The notes: generated by a model not told the origin, from the sequence alone. Positions 19,627 to 30,388 are shown, numbered from the stretch's first letter. The stretch: DNA of 54,217 bases from Candidatus Kaiserbacteria bacterium (GCA_029288835.1 JARIGN010000002.1:1-54217); one strand, 5' to 3'. A program made the numbers and translations.

Positions 19627-19700
19627 GGTATGCCCGCTTGGGCACACGTTTTGCCGAGGCGAAAGCCTAGGTTGGCTATCTCGCAAGGGATAGCCTTTAC
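19627..19700 (+). ncRNA. Candidate structured small RNA convergent with the orphan PemK/MazF gene
   Basis: Three hairpins: TGCCC-GCTT-GGGCA; GCC.AGGC-GAAA-GCCT.GGT; GGCTATCTC-GCAA-GGGATAGCC-TTT. The GNRA loops and G-U wobbles only work on the + strand. Confidence 0.6.
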
Positions 19701-19703
19701 GCT

Positions 19704-20093
19704 TTATAGTTCTATAAACTTAACAATTAGTGCTTGTATATTTTTATAGTCAGTTTTAGACACTCTTCCTTTTTTCGTTGATAATCTCTTTTTATCTAAT
19801 ACTCGCAGCTGAAACAGCAGAATGTCATTTATAATTCCCTTCAAATCAATGCTATATCTTTCAGGTGCACGTTGAATCTTTGTAGAAAGTGGGATTCCCC
19901 AAAATAAATTTTGATTTATTTTCTTAAAAATGAGTACAGGTCTGCTAAAATTCGCTCCTGTACCGTCCTGCTCTGAGCCTACATTAACGCCTATCGAACA
20001 CCACCATATTTCTCTTTCAAAAATCGGTAGGTTATTGCGCGCCTCAACAAGGTTCTTTTTGTAGCTATTCCACGCATCGAAATCTTTCGGCAT
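19704..20093 (-). CDS. PemK/MazF-family endoribonuclease toxin, orphan
   Basis: KDFDAWN...EREIWWCSIGVNVGSEQDG...RPVLIFKK...GIPLST...FQLRVLDKKRL...KGRV. AT-richer than its flanks; no adjacent antitoxin ORF. Confidence 0.88.
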   Translation of the reverse strand: MPKDFDAWNSYKKNLVEARNNLPIFEREIWWCSIGVNVGSEQDGTGANFSRPVLIFKKINQNLFWGIPLSTKIQRAPERYSIDLKGIINDILLFQLRVLDKKRLSTKKGRVSKTDYKNIQALIVKFIEL

Positions 20094-20154
20094 CAGCGCA
20101 CTATACGATATAGCGATGAAATAAATATCTATTAGATATAAAGATTTACTGAAA

Positions 20155-20196
20155 GACGTAAATCGATAAAATTACGACGTAAATCGATAAAATTAC
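20155..20196. repeat. Perfect 21-bp tandem duplication
   Basis: GACGTAAATCGATAAAATTAC occurs twice (20155-20175, 20176-20196) between the ligA stop and the toxin promoter. Confidence 0.95.
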
Positions 20197-20203
20197 AGGG
20201 ACG

Positions 20204-22447
<2,244 letters not shown>

Positions 22448-23005
22448 TTAGTACCGCGCAATAATGCCGCGCTCGACACGCGCTGGATCACTAGCATTAC
22501 AGTTATTAAAACCGTTTGCGTATATAAGGGCATGGTACGTGTTCCCATTTATTACATAGCCGGCAGCAGATTTATACACGTACACCGTTGCATTTGACGT
22601 TGTATTTGAACCTGTGGGACAAGGTATTTGAATAGTGGTAGTTATTTGACTGTTTTGGGTGCCACTGGAAGTAAATTTGCTTGGAAAAGATTGTCCTTCA
22701 CAATATATCGGCGAGTTGACAGCATTTGTTCCAATGGGCTCTGTAGATAAGTCAAAGGTGTCATACTGCTGATCCATTTCAAGAACGCATTCCAGCCCTG
22801 CATCCGCCGCATAAAAGGCATAACTCGACTGCTTAACAAGCGAGGTCAAGATAACTTGTTTATAGGAAATATCCGCAAGGGAAATACCTATTGAAAGAAC
22901 CACGGCAGTAAAGATAACCGCAAAGATGAGTGCCGCACCGCGAAGCTTCCGTACGCTTTTCATGTAATCACTCTCTTTTCTTTGTAGTGGTGAAAAAGAA
23001 ATCAT
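22448..23005 (-). CDS. PilX/GspK-like minor pilin (locus 2)
   Basis: RG|AALIFAVIF with no Glu5; 'AFYAADAGLEC' PilX-type motif. Alternative start at 22963. Confidence 0.8.
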   Translation of the reverse strand: MISFSPLQRKESDYMKSVRKLRGAALIFAVIFTAVVLSIGISLADISYKQVILTSLVKQSSYAFYAADAGLECVLEMDQQYDTFDLSTEPIGTNAVNSPIYCEGQSFPSKFTSSGTQNSQITTTIQIPCPTGSNTTSNATVYVYKSAAGYVINGNTYHALIYANGFNNCNASDPARVERGIIARY

Positions 23006-23006
23006 A

Positions 23007-23639
23007 TTATTGTAGCCAGTTTTGAAGGTAATCCGTTTGTACAATACTGTAGCTCTTGCCAAAGGTGCTCCAATTTACCGTTACAGAAACTTTTGCCTCA
23101 TTTGAAAGTGTTCCATTACACGTTGAGCTGCTCGGCTGTATGTAGCAGAGGGTAAAACTTCGGGTAAATCGCGTCGCGGTATTTCCCGCTGACTGCTGGG
23201 TATAGGTATAGTTGCTGGGTCTCACATATAGCACCGGGCACGTACCTGAGCACTGGGAAAATGGTGTAGTTGGAGCTGTAGCTCCCTGAGAAAGCGTTGG
23301 GTCAACGGTGCAGGAATTAGAGACACAGTTATAGGTTGACCCTGTAGTACCATCTATACCCCAAAACATCACTCGCGGAGTGGAAGCATTATTCCTCGTG
23401 TAGAGATAGTTCGTGTCACGGTAAAAACGGAGGTATTCTATTCCCTCCTGAGCAAGAGAGTTCGCTATAATCTGGTCGCGTGTTATATACGCGGCATTAA
23501 TATTATTTTTAATAAGCGCAAACGGACCGAGAATCGCAACCATGATAATGGCGACTGCAACCAGGGTCTCGACCAAAGTAAAGCCTCGTGTTGTGTGTGG
23601 CTGGTTTTTCACGAGATTTTTTAAGAAAAAGTGCATCAT
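23007..23639 (-). CDS. Minor pilin, PilV-like (locus 2)
   Basis: RG|FTLVETLVAV; LAQEGIEYLR; VSVTVNW; terminal LQNW. Confidence 0.88.
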   Translation of the reverse strand: MMHFFLKNLVKNQPHTTRGFTLVETLVAVAIIMVAILGPFALIKNNINAAYITRDQIIANSLAQEGIEYLRFYRDTNYLYTRNNASTPRVMFWGIDGTTGSTYNCVSNSCTVDPTLSQGATAPTTPFSQCSGTCPVLYVRPSNYTYTQQSAGNTATRFTRSFTLCYIQPSSSTCNGTLSNEAKVSVTVNWSTFGKSYSIVQTDYLQNWLQ

Positions 23640-24187
23640 ATATTTATTTGGCGCATCGTTGCAGCCCCCTCAATATCAAAGCTTACCGGCGCATGGACTG
23701 GATCGGTCGTCATCTGTCCCTTAATCACAAAGGTAACTTGCGGTTGAGTGTTATCACCATTTCCCGTATCAACTCCCTGTACATAAAATCTCAGGTAGGA
23801 AATGGTAATGTTTGGGTCGGTCATGGGAGATGCCGTGCAGCCTGAACCGTAACATTCTGTAATGCTGCCTCCACTAGAAGAGTATGTCACGGGGTTCCCT
23901 TGGTCATCCGTAAAACTAAAAGAAGCTGCACCCCCGCCTGAATAAGAAGCATTTGCTGAGTACCCGCTTCCTGTGCGGATTGAACGCTCCATGCTATCTA
24001 CCACAAAACTCAAGTTATTTGAGATGTTATTGGTCGCGAGCGCAATACGATTCTGGCTCAAGAGTGAGGTAAATGCTGCAGCGACGATTGCCACCACAAC
24101 ACTAAAGAGCGCGATAGACACCATGAGCTCGATGAGCGTAAAGCCTTTAGAAAGCTCAGTCACAAAATGTTTACGAAAGTATCTCAT
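23636..24187 (-). CDS. Minor pilin, PilW-like (locus 2)
   Basis: KG|FTLIELMVSIALF; MERSIRTG. ATGA coupling with the upstream gene fixes the start at 24187. Confidence 0.88.
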   Translation of the reverse strand: MRYFRKHFVTELSKGFTLIELMVSIALFSVVVAIVAAAFTSLLSQNRIALATNNISNNLSFVVDSMERSIRTGSGYSANASYSGGGAASFSFTDDQGNPVTYSSSGGSITECYGSGCTASPMTDPNITISYLRFYVQGVDTGNGDNTQPQVTFVIKGQMTTDPVHAPVSFDIEGAATMRQINI

Positions 24188-24927
24188 GATGGTTGCGTGC
24201 ATCCTCCAGAAACCGTATTCGCTATGGTGATTTCCCCTAACTGATTTATATCTATGCACTTTGAAACTCCTCCTGAAGACTGAATTTGAATCGCAGCAGC
24301 AGAAGTCCATTTATTAGTTCCAAAAATATTTACATTCATAATCGGTAGTAAGTTTGGCCTTTGGAACACAATATTTAAAACATTACTGCCCCCGGATGTG
24401 AAAGATGTCCACGGAGCGGGTGAGCCAGGTAAATAATAAATTTTTTGTATAGAATATCCTGGAGCTAGCGAATACGTCATAATCTTTTCTGACTGCGCAG
24501 AGTCATATAAGCAGTTCCCTGGCCTTTCGGCAGGGGTGCCTACGTCACTTGCAGAATGAGGGCAGTAGTAGGTGCCGAGAGTCTGAGTATTATTAATAGT
24601 GCTTTCCGAACCAACTCCCGGATATGAGTCCACATATTGTATATATGAGCTAGCACTATTTCCTATGTATATGCCATACCCGGCATTATTAGTACCAGTA
24701 CTGGAGTAATTCTTACTCGAGAGGCCGAGCGACTGTGTCTCCCGTAAGGAAAGCGCAAGATCATAGGCTGTATTTATAAGCACAGTTGAATTATTGAAAT
24801 TTTTCTGCTGCGCTATTACCACTGCAGACAACACCCCAATGATGGCGGTTACCACGACCATCTCAAGGATCGTAAACCCTCTTGTGGAAAATTTATTTGT
24901 GCGAAAAAGTATATTTAGTACCTTCAT
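24184..24927 (-). CDS. Minor pilin, FimT/FimU-like (locus 2)
   Basis: RG|FTILEMVVV; 'AYDLALSLRETQSLG', 'GYGIY', 'IVFQRP'. ATGA coupling with pilD. Confidence 0.88.
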   Translation of the reverse strand: MKVLNILFRTNKFSTRGFTILEMVVVTAIIGVLSAVVIAQQKNFNNSTVLINTAYDLALSLRETQSLGLSSKNYSSTGTNNAGYGIYIGNSASSYIQYVDSYPGVGSESTINNTQTLGTYYCPHSASDVGTPAERPGNCLYDSAQSEKIMTYSLAPGYSIQKIYYLPGSPAPWTSFTSGGSNVLNIVFQRPNLLPIMNVNIFGTNKWTSAAAIQIQSSGGVSKCIDINQLGEITIANTVSGGCTQPS

Positions 24928-25670
24928 ATAAAAGGATTCCAATGCACGAAAAAAGCAAGGAGGTATCCAGCAGCGAGAAACGGGACGAACGGGACCTCTA
25001 TACCCATTGTAGGTCCTCCACGCCGTAAACATAAGATCACTATACCCACTGCTGCTCCTATCCAAAAGGAGAACAAAAGACCAGACACCGCCCATGAGCC
25101 CGCGAGAAGAGATAATGAAAAAGCCACGGGTGCATCCCCTAGCCCCATTGCCTTCCCTTTCGAGAAAAAAGTAATGAGCAGGAAGAATACTCCTATAAGT
25201 GCAGCGACTCCTCCTATCATTTCTAGACTTCTAAGAGCCTTTGTCTCCATGAGTAAAAATAATAACGAAAAAAGAAAAAGGAGAAACGTGCCGCTCCATG
25301 GAACAATAGTGTGCCGCAGGTCATACAGCACGACGAACAAAAGAGATAAAAGTACAAGAATGAAGACAAACAGCTTGAAGTTTAAACCAAGGTTGAAATA
25401 TGCTAAAACAAAGAGAATTCCGAGGAATAATTCTGAAGTAACATACAGAAAGGGCACCTTAGCTTTACAGGTTCTACACCTTCCTAAGGAAAAGACCCAA
25501 GAAAGTACCGGAATTAAATCAAGAGAGCTCAGTTTCCTTCGACATGAATTACACCGAGATCTTCCACGCCACCACGACTGCCCCGTGTAGACGCGCTCGG
25601 TTATCACACCAATAAAGCTGGCCAATACGGCACCTAGGAAGAAAAGGCTTGTTCCTATAATGAACTGCAT
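24924..25670 (-). CDS. pilD: Prepilin peptidase
   Basis: RSRCNSC...LIPVLSW....GRCRTC zinc domain; YDL and MGLGD aspartates; VPFVPFL. Confidence 0.95.
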   Translation of the reverse strand: MQFIIGTSLFFLGAVLASFIGVITERVYTGQSWWRGRSRCNSCRRKLSSLDLIPVLSWVFSLGRCRTCKAKVPFLYVTSELFLGILFVLAYFNLGLNFKLFVFILVLLSLLFVVLYDLRHTIVPWSGTFLLFLFSLLFLLMETKALRSLEMIGGVAALIGVFFLLITFFSKGKAMGLGDAPVAFSLSLLAGSWAVSGLLFSFWIGAAVGIVILCLRRGGPTMGIEVPFVPFLAAGYLLAFFVHWNPFI

Positions 25671-25701
25671 GAATACAGTATACGCCACTAAATGCTGAGT
25701 C

Positions 25702-25730
25702 TTGACAAATAACCATAGTATTTATATATT
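25702..25730 (+). promoter_or_regulatory. Sigma70 promoter of the PEP-CTERM gene
   Basis: TTGACA, 17-nt spacer, TATATT. Confidence 0.7.
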
Positions 25731-25777
25731 ATGGCTAGGATTCTAGAGATCCTTAACACAAACAGCAGGGCTGGAAG

Positions 25778-26317
25778 ATGCGAATCACCCTTCTTACGAG
25801 CTCAATGCTCGCAGGGATACTGGCCACCACGGTGGCGATGGCTGCAACCGTTCTCGACTGGAAGGTCCAGGGGAGTGACACCATCGGCACTACCTTCGGC
25901 AATGTGGAGTTGACACTTGCTTCGACGCTTGGTTCCTCACCCGAGGTACCTACCGACGCTGCCGGCGACATCACAATCGACGGCACGCACTACGTCATCA
26001 CGGGCATCAACACCACCAGCGGCGCCAGCAATCTCGTGTACTCATTCTCGTATCCGTACTACGGCAACGTGGTGACCGAGAACTCCCTCGACCTCACGAC
26101 AAGCGGCGGAGACCTTTATTTCGCCGCTATGGACATCAACTATACGGTAATGACGGGTCTGAACACCCCTCCCGGTGGTGAGCAGGTCACTATCAGCCCG
26201 GGCGGCGTGCCCGAACCGGCCACCTGGACCCTAATGATCCTGGGCGTCGGCGCAGTCGGCGGCGCCCTCCGCTTCAGGCGGCAGCACCGGAGCCTGGGCA
26301 ACACCCTCGCAGTCTGA
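25778..26317 (+). CDS. Secreted protein with PEP-CTERM (PEPxxWA-type) sorting signal
   Basis: Signal peptide (TVAMA|A); Thr/Gly/Ser-rich body; VPEPATWTLMILGVGAVGGALRFRRQHR tail. Visibly GC-richer than its neighbours. Confidence 0.9.
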   Translation: MRITLLTSSMLAGILATTVAMAATVLDWKVQGSDTIGTTFGNVELTLASTLGSSPEVPTDAAGDITIDGTHYVITGINTTSGASNLVYSFSYPYYGNVVTENSLDLTTSGGDLYFAAMDINYTVMTGLNTPPGGEQVTISPGGVPEPATWTLMILGVGAVGGALRFRRQHRSLGNTLAV

Positions 26318-26342
26318 ACCGCGGTACCACCCGCACACCTTC

Positions 26343-26381
26343 AACGCCCCCTCTCTCACGAGACGGGGCGTTCTTTCTTTT
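26343..26381 (+). terminator. Rho-independent terminator
   Basis: AACGCCCC.TCTC-TCAC-GAGA.GGGGCGTT followed by CTTTCTTTT. Confidence 0.75.
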
Positions 26382-26419
26382 ATGCTACTATTTTTTCATA
26401 CTTCACCTAAAACGTTACC

Positions 26420-28381
26420 ATGTCCCCAACTAAGCTTTATCTTGAGTCAGCGTTCCTATTATTTGCTTTATTCGGTGGCGCCGTACTTTCCGTCGTCAGT
26501 ACAGATTTTGGCGCAAGCGGAGGCGCAAACATCTACAACCTCGTGTTATGTGCTCTCTGTTCTTTTGCTTTTATTTATTTAACGATTAGAAATACAGAAG
26601 ATAAAGGCCGGATTCATTTTCCAGCACCCCTACTTTGGGCTTTAGGTCTTCTCTCTATTACCATACTTATAACCGATGGTACCGGGTGGTACTTGCATAG
26701 CTCACTAGTCAGTACACTTGAATGGTTCATGGCTTTGGGTTTGTTTATTGGTACCGCAGCATGGATATCACACAATCCAAATGCTGCGCGGATCTTTTTA
26801 GGGCTGTATGTCTTTACTACGGCAGCATTCTCAATCTATGGATTCTATACATTTACACTTGATCTTACCTCTCTTCATGTTCGGTCAATTCTTGGGGAAT
26901 ATAATGCTTTTGGCGGATTTCTCCTTATTCCTTTTTTCTTGAGTCTTGCTCTTGCTTTTACTGCAAATTCTTCTCGGGCACGACTTATCTATTCATCTTC
27001 AACAGTACTTATAAGTGCAGCTCTACTACTTACCTTTTCTCCTAGCACTTATATTGCCTTACTATTTGGTTTGATTCTAGGAGGAGTATTTCTAAGAAAA
27101 GATCTTTTCTCCATAAAGCGTAGCGTCCTTTTAAAGATGGGAATACTTATCCTTTGCAGTGTAATTTTCGCATATGGATGGTACAGTTTTACCCAGAGCT
27201 TAGGGAAAATTGAACACTCTACCCTTGCCCCCCATATTAGCGTAGCAATTCCCCCAGATACTTTCTCTGACCGTGTTGAGTACTTAACTGAGGCTTCGCA
27301 TATATTCATAGCGAATCCTTTCGGTATTGGATTAGGGAATTACAGCCTAGGCGCACAAACCTATAGAACAGACGTCCTTCATTTTGCACTCAATTCTCAT
27401 AATGCTTATGTGCAGATGTTTGTAGAGGCGGGCTTTCTGGGAGGAATATTTTTCCTCATCTTTATTCTTTATGCTTTTTTTCGTCCTGCTTATAAAGCAT
27501 ATCTAGATTCTCGCTCGGGTACTTCATCGGAAATAACTCTTGGACTGATTATAGGAATAGGCGCAACTCTAATTCATGTAGGCATAGATGTAGATCTAGC
27601 CTACCCAATAACGTTTTTTTCTCTTTTTATCTTCTTAGGAATACTCTGGGGAACTACCCCAGGCCTACTTACTACAAATGGCCTTAAAACATCATCCTCA
27701 TCTCTTCCTCGACTTTGTGCAGGTATGATAGGCATTATTACTCTTCTTTTACTCGCTGAGTTTATGAGCTTTCTCTCTTTAGAAAAGGGTGACATTCTGG
27801 ATTCTAAACAGCAATCCAATGCAGCCCTTGCTGCTTATCAAGACTCTTTACTTTTTGATCCTCTAAATGCGGACACGTATATTAAGGAAGCCCAAGAGTA
27901 TAATTCCCTTGCTATAGTAGCCAGTTCTACGGCCCAACACCAACATTATCTTCAAAGCACCCTTTCATCACTACAGAATGCACTCAATTTAAATTCCCAT
28001 AATCCGATAGCTTACTTATATGAATCTCAAAATTATCAAGCTGAAGGAAATCTAAAACAAGCAATAGCGGTACAGAAAAAGTCACTGACCTCAAGTCCCC
28101 TAGATAATCTTGATAACTATCTCCATCTTGTACAGCTTGATCTATTTATCCGAGATAATATAAGCGCCATTACAACAGTAGATACAATTACTGAACATTT
28201 TCCGCCTTCAGTATTTTCTGATCCTACCATTGTAATTTCATCTAAAGAGGAATCTATAAATGATCTCGTGCAACTCACTGAACTTGCAGCAGCAGCGTAT
28301 GCAATATTAGGAAATACTGCGGGCAGCAATATAGAGCTTACTAAAGAAAAAGAGTATGCCTCATTACAGACTCAGTACTAA
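26420..28381 (+). CDS. O-antigen ligase (Wzy_C)-family O-oligosaccharyltransferase-like protein with C-terminal TPR repeats
   Basis: About 12 TMs; NAFGGFL, LLTFS, 'PFGIGLGNY', 'SHNAYVQMFVEAGFLGG', 'IHVGIDVD', then a TPR-like tail. AT-rich. Confidence 0.85.
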   Translation: MSPTKLYLESAFLLFALFGGAVLSVVSTDFGASGGANIYNLVLCALCSFAFIYLTIRNTEDKGRIHFPAPLLWALGLLSITILITDGTGWYLHSSLVSTLEWFMALGLFIGTAAWISHNPNAARIFLGLYVFTTAAFSIYGFYTFTLDLTSLHVRSILGEYNAFGGFLLIPFFLSLALAFTANSSRARLIYSSSTVLISAALLLTFSPSTYIALLFGLILGGVFLRKDLFSIKRSVLLKMGILILCSVIFAYGWYSFTQSLGKIEHSTLAPHISVAIPPDTFSDRVEYLTEASHIFIANPFGIGLGNYSLGAQTYRTDVLHFALNSHNAYVQMFVEAGFLGGIFFLIFILYAFFRPAYKAYLDSRSGTSSEITLGLIIGIGATLIHVGIDVDLAYPITFFSLFIFLGILWGTTPGLLTTNGLKTSSSSLPRLCAGMIGIITLLLLAEFMSFLSLEKGDILDSKQQSNAALAAYQDSLLFDPLNADTYIKEAQEYNSLAIVASSTAQHQHYLQSTLSSLQNALNLNSHNPIAYLYESQNYQAEGNLKQAIAVQKKSLTSSPLDNLDNYLHLVQLDLFIRDNISAITTVDTITEHFPPSVFSDPTIVISSKEESINDLVQLTELAAAAYAILGNTAGSNIELTKEKEYASLQTQY

Positions 28382-28382
28382 C

Positions 28383-28437
28383 TACTAAGTGCAACATAAA
28401 AAGCCCCATAAAGGGGCTTTTTATGTTGCACTTAGTA
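28383..28437. terminator. Perfect 25-bp inverted repeat, bidirectional terminator between convergent genes
   Basis: TACTAAGTGCAACATAAAAAGCCCC-ATAAA-GGGGCTTTTTATGTTGCACTTAGTA. Confidence 0.85.
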
Positions 28438-28442
28438 TAAGA

Positions 28443-29015
28443 CTAGGTGCAGATAACGGTTGATGCTGCGGTTACTGCTGCAGGCGCGGAAGAGATAACT
28501 TCGGCCTTACCAGTACTATCAACACAGAAGTAATTACCTGATGGGTTCTGTATTGGTGCATATACCCCCCAGGCACTAGCAAACACGGTTGAACCCAAAC
28601 CACCGTACGAACCTGATGAGCCAGAAACAATAGCGCATTTCGTTGAGTTAGTAGGTGAAGTTGCAGCGTTAGCAGATGTAATTGCTGCAGCTATGTTTGG
28701 ATCCACAAATAGGGTACCTGCAAGCGTACAATTAGTGGTAGCCCATGCTCCACTCACGCCAATAGCGGTTGTAGCTGCTGATGCTGTACTATATGCATTA
28801 CTATTTGAATCGTAGTAAATAGCTGACTGCGTCTCAATAGTGGTTAAGTTTGACTTTACTGCCGCATCGTTACCCTTTGAACGCGCAGTATTAAGTGCTG
28901 CGAGCACGACAGCCGAGAGAATACCGATGATCGCGATAACGACGAGGAGTTCGATGAGGGTAAAACCTCGTAGGTGTCCTCGGAGATGACCGCGTTTGTT
29001 GTTCGTTGTTATCAT
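28443..29015 (-). CDS. pilA: Major type IV pilin
   Basis: RG|FTLIELLVVIAIIGILSAVVLAALNTAR.K..DA; four Cys; YFCVDSTG. Has its own intergenic promoter region. Confidence 0.9.
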   Translation of the reverse strand: MITTNNKRGHLRGHLRGFTLIELLVVIAIIGILSAVVLAALNTARSKGNDAAVKSNLTTIETQSAIYYDSNSNAYSTASAATTAIGVSGAWATTNCTLAGTLFVDPNIAAAITSANAATSPTNSTKCAIVSGSSGSYGGLGSTVFASAWGVYAPIQNPSGNYFCVDSTGKAEVISSAPAAVTAASTVICT

Positions 29016-29160
29016 AAGAATAATAAATTGTTAATGTGCGGTGTTTGGAATAATTCCGCTTACGCTTATTGTAGCGGATAAATAAACGAAAGATGAAGAG
29101 AAAAATGAATGCGTGTGGATAACACGGATTCATTTTTATCTGAAAGTTTTATCAGGACAA

Positions 29161-30366
29161 CTACACTGCCCCCGCGAGGTTGTAAATCGGTACTAGCACC
29201 GAAGCAAGAAGCGTTCCCACGCCAAGACCAAGAAAGACAATCATTGAGGGTTCTATGAGGTCCACTAGCGTATCGATAGAATTCGACACTTCACGGCGAT
29301 AGAAAGCTGCAAGGGTATTCAAAATATTTCCAAGCTCTCCTGTCTCTTCTCCCACACGAATCATGGCGATCATGATTCCCGGAATCTCCCGGTGTTTAGC
29401 TAGTGCGTCAGAGATAGAGGCACCTGCTTTTACATCTTCGCCGGCCTCACGAAGCATAACCTGGAATTTGCGGCTCCCTACGACCTTTCCGGTTATCTCA
29501 ATCATTTCAACTACCTGCACACCGGAAGCAAGCATGGTGGAAAAGTTATCCGCAATGCGGGAGAGATAGAGCTTTTGGTACAAGTCACCTAAATAAGGAA
29601 TATCGAGTTTGAAGGTGTCGAAGAAAAGCTGCCCCGCTTCAGACTGGAGCGATTTCCACGCTGCTATTCCTAACACTACGACTACAATTGCAAGATATAC
29701 GCCAAAATGAATGAGAAAGTTACTTGCAGCGATAACTACTTGGGTATATGCAGGTATTTTTGTTCCCGAGCCCTGCAAAATGGACGCAATATTTGGAATC
29801 ACCAGCGTGAGCATTAAGATCATCACCACAAAGAAAATACCCATCACGAACGCGGGATAAATAAGCGCATTCGAAGCCTTACTCATCACTTCATAGGTTC
29901 GGTCGAGATAGTCTGCGAGGTAGCTAAAGGTTTGGGAGAGCTTTCCGGACTCTTCGCCAGAGCGCACCATGTTTACGTAAAAGTCTGAAAATGCTTTCGG
30001 GTGCCGCGCCATGGCCTTTGATATCGGCATGCCTCCCTGCACGTCATCAGCCACCTGGGTTAAGACTTGGGCAAGGTATTTGTTATCAATCTCGGCCGCA
30101 AGCAAACGGAACACACGGAGTGCAGAAACTTGTGCCTGAAAGAGCGTCGCAATCTGGCGTGAAAGAATGACAATATCCTTATTTGAAACATGCTGGAAGA
30201 GCCCAATATCCATCGAGAGCAAGGACTTTTGTACTGCAGGCTCGATAGAGGAGACGATCAGGTCGCGACGCTGGAGCGTCGACACTGCCACTTCCATCGA
30301 AAGCGCTTCGACAGTTCCTTCGCGTTCGTGTCCGTCCTTATCGAGTGCGTGGTAGGTAAAGAGCAT
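29161..30366 (-). CDS. pilC: Type IV pilus platform protein (locus 2)
   Basis: SRQIATL, GEESGKL, ALIYP, VGEETGEL, LIEP, PIY. Confidence 0.95.
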   Translation of the reverse strand: MLFTYHALDKDGHEREGTVEALSMEVAVSTLQRRDLIVSSIEPAVQKSLLSMDIGLFQHVSNKDIVILSRQIATLFQAQVSALRVFRLLAAEIDNKYLAQVLTQVADDVQGGMPISKAMARHPKAFSDFYVNMVRSGEESGKLSQTFSYLADYLDRTYEVMSKASNALIYPAFVMGIFFVVMILMLTLVIPNIASILQGSGTKIPAYTQVVIAASNFLIHFGVYLAIVVVVLGIAAWKSLQSEAGQLFFDTFKLDIPYLGDLYQKLYLSRIADNFSTMLASGVQVVEMIEITGKVVGSRKFQVMLREAGEDVKAGASISDALAKHREIPGIMIAMIRVGEETGELGNILNTLAAFYRREVSNSIDTLVDLIEPSMIVFLGLGVGTLLASVLVPIYNLAGAV

Positions 30367-30388
30367 AGTGGTTCAAAATTTTCACGTA

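Noticed and set aside
19451-19693. 80-aa + strand ORF as a protein antitoxin for the MazF-like toxin
   Set aside because: Its first third is antisense to gatC, it has no AbrB or RHH features, and it starts upstream of the promoter found at 19595.
20155-20196. Tandem repeat as a CRISPR array
   Set aside because: Two abutting copies with no spacer, and no cas genes in the window.
28966-28995. RGHL-RGHL-RGF repeat in the pilin leader
   Set aside because: A short degenerate duplication in a cleaved leader; only the last RG|F precedes the hydrophobic helix.
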